Origin: Candidatus Omnitrophota bacterium
Lineage (GTDB): Bacteria > Omnitrophota > Gorgyraeia > JAFGHF01
Assembly: GCA_020341815.1 (NCBI GenBank)
Contig: CP070837.1
Span: 465,743-529,742, forward strand
Length of the DNA: 64,000 nucleotides
Direction of reading: 5' to 3'
Shown here piece after piece: positions 57,362-64,000 of this stretch (position 1 is the first letter of the stretch; every line of letters starts with the position of its first letter). The position numbers and the translations under genes are program-made. The notes below the pieces were generated by a model. That model searched no databases. It was not told the DNA's origin and saw only the letters and a list, made by a program, of their open reading frames with translations.

Positions 57362-60300
57362 TCAATCTTTCTTATGATTTTTATTGTTTAATTTGATGGT
57401 CTGGATGAGGCTGGGATGGTGGGTAATTTTTAATGTTATATCATCAATTATGGAATAAATGCATGGTATTATTACCAGCGTCAGGATAGTGGCAAATAAA
57501 AGCCCCCAGCATATACCTAAGGCCATGGGCACCAGAAATGGATCCTTGCCGCCGATGCCATAGGTCACCGTGGAAAGCCCGCCTACGGTGGTAACGGTAG
57601 TCAGGATAACGGGTCTGATTCTTATCTGCACTGCTTGTATAATGGATTGCTTTCTTTCCATTCCCTCGGCGCGCAGTTTATTGATAAAGGAAACAAGCAC
57701 GATGGCATCATTTACCACAATGCCGTTTAAGCCTACAATGCCCAACATTGCCATAAATGATAAGGGCAGGCCATGCACCAGAAAGGCGAAAACAACTCCT
57801 ATCAGACCAAAAGGAATAGCCAGCATAACTACAAACGGCTGCACCAATGACTTAAAGAATGAGGCCAGGATTAAATAGATAATCAAAAAGGCATATATGT
57901 ATGCCTTAATCAGGCTTCTTAAAGATTTTATGCTTTCTTCCTGCTCTCCCCCATATTTAACGGAATAGCCGGGATATTTGCGGGAGATATCCACAAACTT
58001 CCTGCTGAGCAAATTGTTAATCTTCATTGAAGTTATTTTATCGGTATCGATATTGCTGGAAACCGTCACCACGCGCTTTCCGTCTAAGTGGTGAATAGTC
58101 GTTGTGCCCGGAACCTTCTCTATTCTCGCCACTTTTTTCAAAGGAATCAGATTGCCGAACTTGTTCATTATCAGGATATCTTCAAAGGCGGAAATATGGC
58201 GCACGTCCTTCTTACTGAATTTTACCGTCACATCTGTCTCTTCTTCGGCCTTAACCGGCTTAATCTGGGTAGCAATCCCGCCTTCAAAAACCGCGCGCAC
58301 AGTCCTGGCAATCTGACCTACAGTCAGGGCGGCTTGCGTGGCTTTTTCGCGGTCGATACTGACCCTGATTTCTTCCTTTCCCGGCTTATGGTCCCAGGTA
58401 ACATCAAAAGCGCCCTCAATAGTAGAGAGATAATCCATATATTCATCGGCCATCTCATCTAATATAGTGAAGTCTTCACCCCTTAACCTTGCCTCAACAG
58501 GCTTACCTACGGGTGGTCCGGTCTCGGGCTTGTCAAAGCGCAGGTCGGTAAATCCTTTAACATCCTTTACCTCTCGGCGCAGCTGGGCAATGATTTCGTC
58601 AACCTTTCTCTTTCTGTCCTGTTCCGGCGTGAGATAGACCGCAATCTGCCCGATACTGCTGGCCTGCCTGGAAAAGGGGTCATTGCGGTCCTCTTCCATC
58701 CTTCCTACATTAGTAACATAGGTATCCAGTTCATCCTTGGGTAATTGGCTTACGGCTTTCTCTAAAGGAAGCATAAGCTGATGAGTCTTTTCTAAAGGCG
58801 TGCCGATAGGCGCCTCAGCCCTGATGAAAAAGAAGTCTATTCCTGTACTGGGAAAGAGGACAAACTTGATAACGGTAAAGGACAATATAATAGCAATAAC
58901 CAATATTAGTACAAAGGCGCTGACTACCCTGTATTTCCTGCGCACGGCCACTTCAAGTATGCGGGTATAAAAATTGACCATCTTTTTAAACCAAGGCAAC
59001 TCCTTAGCTATAGACAGGGGCTTACCCTTGGCGTCCAAGCGCACCCGCACAAAGTCGGCTATATGCGAAGGCAAAATAATTAAGGCCTCACCCAAAGAGG
59101 CAACCAGGGCTATAATCAAGACGGTGGGAATATTTCTGATAAACTTGCCGATAATGCCGGTCATAAACAAAAGCGGTGAAAATGCGGCAATTGTGGTAGC
59201 CACTGCGGCAATCACCGCCCCCATAACCTCCTCTGCCCCTTTGACAGCGGCCAGGCGCGGAGGCATCCCCTTTTCCATATAGCGGTAGGTATTTTCCGCA
59301 ACAATAATACCGTCATCAACCAGCATCCCCAGAACAATAATCAAGCCAAACATACTTACTACATTTATGGTAATGCCCATAGCACTCATCACCATAAATG
59401 TAGTGAAAAAGGCCACCGGCACGCCCAGGAAGGTAACGATAGCAATCCTTTTTTGTAAAAAGATAAGCAGAACCCCTAAGATTATAAAAACAGCCGCCCA
59501 AGTATTATTCCTGAGCACATTCAGCCGCCTGCGGGCAAAAAAGGAATAGTCATTTACGTATGAAATCTCTAAACCATCCTTGTGTACGGCCAGATATTCA
59601 GCGCAGGCGGATTTTACCTGGTCAACCATATAGAGGGCATCTCCCGATTCTTTTTTCAGGACAAGGAGATTTATGGAACGGCTTCCCAGGGTCTTGTTGA
59701 TTACATCTTCCTCTTTATATGTGTCCTCAACCCGCGCCACATCTTTTACTCTCAGCCAATTGCCTGAATCGTTGGCGCGGATGATTACGTCTTCTATTTC
59801 CCGGGCGCTTAAGAACTCTCCTGTAGTCCGGATACTGTATTCGCTGGTTGCGGTATCTATCTTTCCTGCCGGCAGGCTGACGTTACGCTCGGCGAGAGCA
59901 CCCTCTATCTCATCAAAGGAAACATAGTATTCATTTAATTTCTCGGGGTCCACCTGAACCTGCATTTCTCTTTCGCGGTAACCGGACTTTCTGATGCGGG
60001 CAACCCCCTCTACATCCTCAAGGATATCCTCGATGATATCGGCGTGGTGGCGCAACTGGCTTTCCGTCATCTTTCCCGATAAAGATACCTCAAGTATCGG
60101 ATACTGCCCGGTTTCCACCTCGGTTACCAGCGGATCATCGACATCGCGAGGCAAGTCCTTGACCCTGTCTACGGCGTTTTGAATATCCCTGATTACTTTT
60201 TGTTTATTGGGAGCATCCGGGTCTATGTATACTCCCAGGGAAGAGAAACCCACCGCAGATTTGGATTCGATTTTATCTATGCCGTCAACCTGCTTCAGCT

Positions 60301-60508
60301 CCCTCTCTATGGGCACGGTAATCAATTTTTCTACATCGGTGGGCGTGGCTCCGGCATAATAAGTAGTGACGCTAACTATATCAAAGGAAACATTGGGAAA
60401 TACTTCCTTATTTATCCCGAAATATACAATAAGTCCGATAATAATTATAATTATGGATATCAGGTTTATAAATAAAGACTGATTAACGCTAAAGCGCGGC
60501 AGACTCAT
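57362..60508 (-). CDS. RND efflux transporter permease (AcrB/HAE1 family)
   Basis: 1048 aa; 12 TM, two large periplasmic loops, conserved TM4 and TM10 regions. Confidence 0.9.
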   Translation of the reverse strand: MSLPRFSVNQSLFINLISIIIIIIGLIVYFGINKEVFPNVSFDIVSVTTYYAGATPTDVEKLITVPIERELKQVDGIDKIESKSAVGFSSLGVYIDPDAPNKQKVIRDIQNAVDRVKDLPRDVDDPLVTEVETGQYPILEVSLSGKMTESQLRHHADIIEDILEDVEGVARIRKSGYREREMQVQVDPEKLNEYYVSFDEIEGALAERNVSLPAGKIDTATSEYSIRTTGEFLSAREIEDVIIRANDSGNWLRVKDVARVEDTYKEEDVINKTLGSRSINLLVLKKESGDALYMVDQVKSACAEYLAVHKDGLEISYVNDYSFFARRRLNVLRNNTWAAVFIILGVLLIFLQKRIAIVTFLGVPVAFFTTFMVMSAMGITINVVSMFGLIIVLGMLVDDGIIVAENTYRYMEKGMPPRLAAVKGAEEVMGAVIAAVATTIAAFSPLLFMTGIIGKFIRNIPTVLIIALVASLGEALIILPSHIADFVRVRLDAKGKPLSIAKELPWFKKMVNFYTRILEVAVRRKYRVVSAFVLILVIAIILSFTVIKFVLFPSTGIDFFFIRAEAPIGTPLEKTHQLMLPLEKAVSQLPKDELDTYVTNVGRMEEDRNDPFSRQASSIGQIAVYLTPEQDRKRKVDEIIAQLRREVKDVKGFTDLRFDKPETGPPVGKPVEARLRGEDFTILDEMADEYMDYLSTIEGAFDVTWDHKPGKEEIRVSIDREKATQAALTVGQIARTVRAVFEGGIATQIKPVKAEEETDVTVKFSKKDVRHISAFEDILIMNKFGNLIPLKKVARIEKVPGTTTIHHLDGKRVVTVSSNIDTDKITSMKINNLLSRKFVDISRKYPGYSVKYGGEQEESIKSLRSLIKAYIYAFLIIYLILASFFKSLVQPFVVMLAIPFGLIGVVFAFLVHGLPLSFMAMLGIVGLNGIVVNDAIVLVSFINKLRAEGMERKQSIIQAVQIRIRPVILTTVTTVGGLSTVTYGIGGKDPFLVPMALGICWGLLFATILTLVIIPCIYSIIDDITLKITHHPSLIQTIKLNNKNHKKD

Positions 60509-61959
60509 AACAGGGCCTCGTATTTCTCAAGAATAACATTAAGAGATTCCTCTAAATCAACTTTACTCTTTTTCAACTCTAACATACTCCTGGCTAAATC
60601 AAGCTGCGCGTTCAGGTAATCCTGCTGATAGTCTATCAGCCTCTTTGTATTGGACCTGCCGAATTTAAAACGCTTTTCCTCTTCCTTAAGCTTGGCTTCC
60701 TGTAATTGCGCGGCCTTCAAGAGCTTATCCACATTCGCCTGGCGCATGATATAATCACGAAAGGCATCCCCCACTTCGGTAACGATGGACCTCTCCAGCT
60801 TCTTCATAGTCAGGATTGCCTTTTCTTTATTGGCCTTTGCTTTTTCAAATTCGCTGCGGGCTAAATTATTTTCCAGCGGTATAGAGATTTCTACTCCGGC
60901 GGAATAATCGGCATTATTTTCGGTGCCTATTCTCTTTACGGCACTGCTGAATTTTGGATCGATGCCGTTTGCGACCATGCTTGCGGTAAGGTCTATCTCC
61001 GGCCAGCGTTCATTGGCTTTGGTCTCTAAGGTAATATTCTCTATTTCAATATCGGTTTTGGCCTGCTGATAATCGCGCCTCTTAAGAAAGGCTTTCCTCA
61101 GGCAATCGCCCAATTCAACCTCGATCTCTCTGTATGTCAGTATCTCCGAAGGATGGATTCTGCTTGCAGCATCTAAATTCATTAACAGCTTAATCTGCTC
61201 CTCGTCACTCCTGTATGCGTTCTCCGCAAGCAGAAGGTCCTTTTCTCTGATTAAGACATTGGCTCCTGATGCCAGAAAGTCTCCCTTTTCTATAATGCCT
61301 ATATCATAATTTCGCGTATTGCTTTCATGCAGATTCCTGGCCTTTTCTAAAATTTCATTATAAATCCGCATGGCCTTTCTGGAGAAGACCCACTCCCAGT
61401 AGGCATCTTCCACATCCGCAAACAGAACCTCAATTCTTTCCTGTCTGTCCAGGTCGGAGTTCTCAATGGCCAGGCTGGTTAGAGTAATGCTGCGCCTGTC
61501 AACATAACCAAAGGCGTTTTTGGCTAAGGGCTGGCGGATTTCCAGGGCCGCCTCTGCGCTATGAGCCGGATTGCTAGAGACAAAGGCGGAATTGCTTGAC
61601 TCTCTGGTATTTGAAAAAGACAGGTTAACTTCGGTGCCTGTGGGAAGCTTTTTCTCGGCCTCTGCCGAATAGGTATTGGTGGTGGTTTTACTGGCGGCAA
61701 AACTGGAAAGCGCTTCTCTGGTATCTTTGGAATAACCTACACCCAGCGATAAACTGGTATCAAATATGGATTCGGCAATGCCTTGCCCGGTCTCGGCAAC
61801 CAAAAAATCCAATCGGGCCAATTTTACCTCAAAGCTGTTTTGGGCGGCAAAAATGATGCACGCCCCCAGAGAAAGCTCGTTTTCTGCCTCCTCGGCAATG
61901 CCTGCCAGGCATAAGGTGCAAAATAAAAATATAAAAATAAATCTTTTAATATATCTCAT
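60505..61959 (-). CDS. TolC-like outer membrane efflux protein (OEP family)
   Basis: 484 aa; signal peptide, two OEP repeats with coiled-coil segments. 4-nt overlaps with both neighbours. Confidence 0.75.
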   Translation of the reverse strand: MRYIKRFIFIFLFCTLCLAGIAEEAENELSLGACIIFAAQNSFEVKLARLDFLVAETGQGIAESIFDTSLSLGVGYSKDTREALSSFAASKTTTNTYSAEAEKKLPTGTEVNLSFSNTRESSNSAFVSSNPAHSAEAALEIRQPLAKNAFGYVDRRSITLTSLAIENSDLDRQERIEVLFADVEDAYWEWVFSRKAMRIYNEILEKARNLHESNTRNYDIGIIEKGDFLASGANVLIREKDLLLAENAYRSDEEQIKLLMNLDAASRIHPSEILTYREIEVELGDCLRKAFLKRRDYQQAKTDIEIENITLETKANERWPEIDLTASMVANGIDPKFSSAVKRIGTENNADYSAGVEISIPLENNLARSEFEKAKANKEKAILTMKKLERSIVTEVGDAFRDYIMRQANVDKLLKAAQLQEAKLKEEEKRFKFGRSNTKRLIDYQQDYLNAQLDLARSMLELKKSKVDLEESLNVILEKYEALL

Positions 61960-62402
61960 TTTTTATGCGCCAGATTTATATATACCTTTTTTAATATTCT
62001 GATATATTCTTCTCTGTCCTTCTGGGTAAGCACAGAAAACATCTCATTCACGCAATCGCGCCTCGCCTCTCTCACCCGTTTAATCGCCTCTTTCCCTTTG
62101 CTCAATATCATCACATTTACCACTCTTCTGTCCTGACTGGAGCGCTGCCTCTTGATAAGCTTAAGCCTTATCATTTTATCCACAATGGCCGTTACCGCGC
62201 TCATACTGAAGTTTAAGAGCCTGGCCAGCTCATTCATCTGGCAGCCCTTGCGTTCGTAGAGAAAATCAAGGATAACCACCTGAGGCACGCTCAAGAGGCC
62301 TTTGGCAAAGATATCCTTGTGCTGGTTGCGGGTGAACTCCCTCATAATCAAGGGCAGCATCGTGCTCACTTCTTTCCCGAAATCCGAACCTTTGACTTCC
62401 AT
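61956..62402 (-). CDS. MarR family transcriptional regulator
   Basis: wHTH VPQVVILDFLYERKGCQMNELARLLNFSMSAVTAIVDKMIRLKLIKRQRSSQDRRVV. Probable start MEVKGSDF (ATG 62400-62402) preceded by AAGGAGG; table ORF starts at 62438. Confidence 0.75.
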   Translation of the reverse strand: MEVKGSDFGKEVSTMLPLIMREFTRNQHKDIFAKGLLSVPQVVILDFLYERKGCQMNELARLLNFSMSAVTAIVDKMIRLKLIKRQRSSQDRRVVNVMILSKGKEAIKRVREARRDCVNEMFSVLTQKDREEYIRILKKVYINLAHKK

Positions 62403-62480
62403 AACCGTCCTCCTTCTTAAGAGATATTTAATCATCAAAATATTTCACTAAATGAACTATTCACAACCTTAAGTATATAC

Positions 62481-62530
62481 TAAAAAACCCCTCCCGTCAA
62501 GTCCCTTTTATGAGATTTTGACGGAAGGGG
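62481..62530 (-). terminator. Rho-independent terminator downstream of cysE
   Basis: Plus strand CCCCTCCCGTCAA-(17 nt loop)-TTGACGGAAGGGG gives 12/13 paired positions. On the minus strand it is followed by TTTTTTAG. Confidence 0.55.
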
Positions 62531-62549
62531 TCCTTTACTGCAAGGGGTA

Positions 62550-63188
62550 TTATTTATTTTCTAAGCTTCTTATCCTCTCCTCAAGCGCATCCTGCTTCTT
62601 TAGAAGGATATTTACTGCCTCGGCAACCGGGTCGGGAAGATGCCCGTGCTCAAGGTCAATCAAGGGCTTGATTTTCGGTTTCTCGGCTATCCTGGCCGGA
62701 ACACCCACCACCGTTACGCCTGCGGGGACGGGTTTGACCACAACCGAGCCTGAGCCTATTCTGGCATCCTCTCCCACCTCAATCGCACCCAGAACCACGG
62801 CATCCGCGCCAATTACAACCCTGTTACCGATGGTGGGGTGGCGTTTCTTCTTCTCGCGGGTTGTGCCGCCCAAGACTGCGCCCTGATACATCAAGACATC
62901 ATCACCGATCTCGGTGGTCTCACCGATAACTATCCCCATCCCGTGGTCGATAAAGAACCTGCGGCCGATCTTTGCCCCCGGGTGAATCTCGATGCCGGTG
63001 AGAAAACGCGAGATATGAGAAATCAGGCGGGCCAGATTTTTCCAGCCGTGCCGCCAGAAAAAATGGGCAATGCGGTGTAGCCAGATAGCGTGCAAGCCCG
63101 GATAGCAAAGGATTACCTCCATTACCGTCCTGGCTGCCGGGTCTTCGCGAAATGCCGTGCGAATATCTTCAGCTATTCTCTTAAACAC
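62550..63188 (-). CDS. cysE: serine O-acetyltransferase
   Basis: 212 aa; SATase N-terminal helices and hexapeptide repeats ([34 protein letters not shown]). Confidence 0.85.
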   Translation of the reverse strand: MFKRIAEDIRTAFREDPAARTVMEVILCYPGLHAIWLHRIAHFFWRHGWKNLARLISHISRFLTGIEIHPGAKIGRRFFIDHGMGIVIGETTEIGDDVLMYQGAVLGGTTREKKKRHPTIGNRVVIGADAVVLGAIEVGEDARIGSGSVVVKPVPAGVTVVGVPARIAEKPKIKPLIDLEHGHLPDPVAEAVNILLKKQDALEERIRSLENK

Positions 63189-63201
63189 CTTATCCTCCTT
63201 A

Positions 63202-63936
63202 TTAATGTCGACTCTGAACTAATTTAACCTCTCCCCAGGCCCCGATCTTCTCACCAATAATCAGCACAACACCCTTAATTCCTGCAACCGGAGCTCTGTC
63301 TTTGACAAATGTCAATGTTTCATCCACACAAGAAGCAGATTTAACCATATTCCCCAGGCGCGTAGCCCAGGCATCGGCCAAAATGGCTGAATTACAAATA
63401 ACCACTGCCGCATCGCTCTTACCAAAGCTTAAAGACGGCCCCACTGTGCCGCTTGAGGTACAAATCCCGCAAGGTGCCTGCGGAGCAATCTCCAAAGCAA
63501 TCTTTCCGCTATATACAGATTCACCGGCAAAGATACCCACCCTCCTTGTGTGATTAGTCCGCATAAAGATATCTCCGCCGTTCTCCACAATTACCTCTGA
63601 AGAAGCTTTAAGCAAGTCTTTAGCCACATATTCGGCAATGGCTCCGGCTACTGCGGCCATCGGCCCCACACCAGCGCAAGATGAAGCCTCTGCCATTTCC
63701 CGGACAATATCAGGAGCTTCTGCCCCTACAGAATAAGGCGCAAGGGAAGTGGCAAAGTCGGGGTCAACCCGAATATAATCCTGAATAAGCCTGCGCTGCC
63801 TATCCAGAGACTCCCGGGCAAAAGCAGCTAAGGCCTTATCTGCGCGAATAAACAGGTCACTCTCACCCAGCTTGACCCTGAAGCTGAAAAGACTCTTATC
63901 TTCTACCCAACTCTGATATGTGCGGCTTTGATACAT
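63202..63936 (-). CDS. UPF0280-family protein (ApbE-like fold, function unknown)
   Basis: 244 aa; Gly/Ala-rich core [19 protein letters not shown]...VENGGDIF, recalled as typical of UPF0280. Family assignment is from memory, not a search. Confidence 0.45.
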   Translation of the reverse strand: MYQSRTYQSWVEDKSLFSFRVKLGESDLFIRADKALAAFARESLDRQRRLIQDYIRVDPDFATSLAPYSVGAEAPDIVREMAEASSCAGVGPMAAVAGAIAEYVAKDLLKASSEVIVENGGDIFMRTNHTRRVGIFAGESVYSGKIALEIAPQAPCGICTSSGTVGPSLSFGKSDAAVVICNSAILADAWATRLGNMVKSASCVDETLTFVKDRAPVAGIKGVVLIIGEKIGAWGEVKLVQSRH

Positions 63937-64000
63937 AATATTAGTCGCTAGTATTCAGTCGCTAGTCGCTCGTATCTGGTATCTAGTAAAAAGATAAAAA
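63937..64000. repeat. family B repeat arm (partial, cut by the window edge)
   Basis: taatattagtcgctagtattcagtcgctagtcgctcgtatctggtatctagtaaaaag is homologous to the arms of the 24356-24488 element. Confidence 0.4.

Overview
This is a gene-dense bacterial chromosomal window of about 48% GC. Every gene from 1 to 51.7 kb is on the minus strand; the plus-strand rpoN follows, then a minus-strand block from 53.4 kb to the end. No rRNA, CRISPR array, transposase or integrase was seen.

Housekeeping content: the 5' end of ackA (truncated by the window edge), then pta, coaD, rsmD, recG, a MiaB-family methylthiotransferase, ispD, tsaD, a C-terminal processing protease, gatCAB, ksgA, birA, uvrB, nadC, valS, a citramalate/isopropylmalate synthase, aspartate kinase, ychF, apgM, dcd and nrdJ. 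rpoN is transcribed divergently from nrdJ, and both sigma-70-like promoters are visible in the shared intergenic region.

A large type IV pilus operon runs from 19.4 kb down to 10.1 kb. It contains an excisionase-type HTH gene, a PilM-PilN fusion, PilO, a PilP-like gene, the PilQ secretin, the PilB ATPase, PilC, and four prepilin-like genes. It ends at a tRNA-Ala(CGC) gene, which is followed by a duplicated copy of its 3' end.

A Sec-exported Memo-AMMECR1 fusion (AmmeMemoRadiSam components A and B in one protein) sits next to a TPR-containing membrane protein.

Accessory content that deserves a second look:
- Region 22.4-26.2 kb. Three families of intergenic palindromic or structured repeats are interleaved with ExbB, ExbD and a TonB/TolA-like protein, small hypothetical genes, a membrane-anchored HTH protein, and a bactofilin fused to an excisionase-type HTH domain. 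The bactofilin-HTH fusion plus its membrane-anchored HTH neighbour look like a possible DNA-to-cytoskeleton/membrane tethering module that has not been characterised.
- Tightly coupled operon at 53.4-57.3 kb. It encodes a PssA-like CDP-alcohol phosphatidyltransferase, a 4-TM EamA-like protein, a patatin-like lipase, a radical SAM enzyme with a twitch/SPASM-like C-terminus, and a polyprenol-kinase-like membrane protein. This may be an undescribed membrane-lipid tail-modifying system. MarR, a TolC-like protein and an RND pump with no adaptor protein lie directly upstream.
- A GH5 glycosidase plus DUF2283 insert between gatC and ksgA.
- An AT-rich TolB-like beta-propeller gene between uvrB and nadC.
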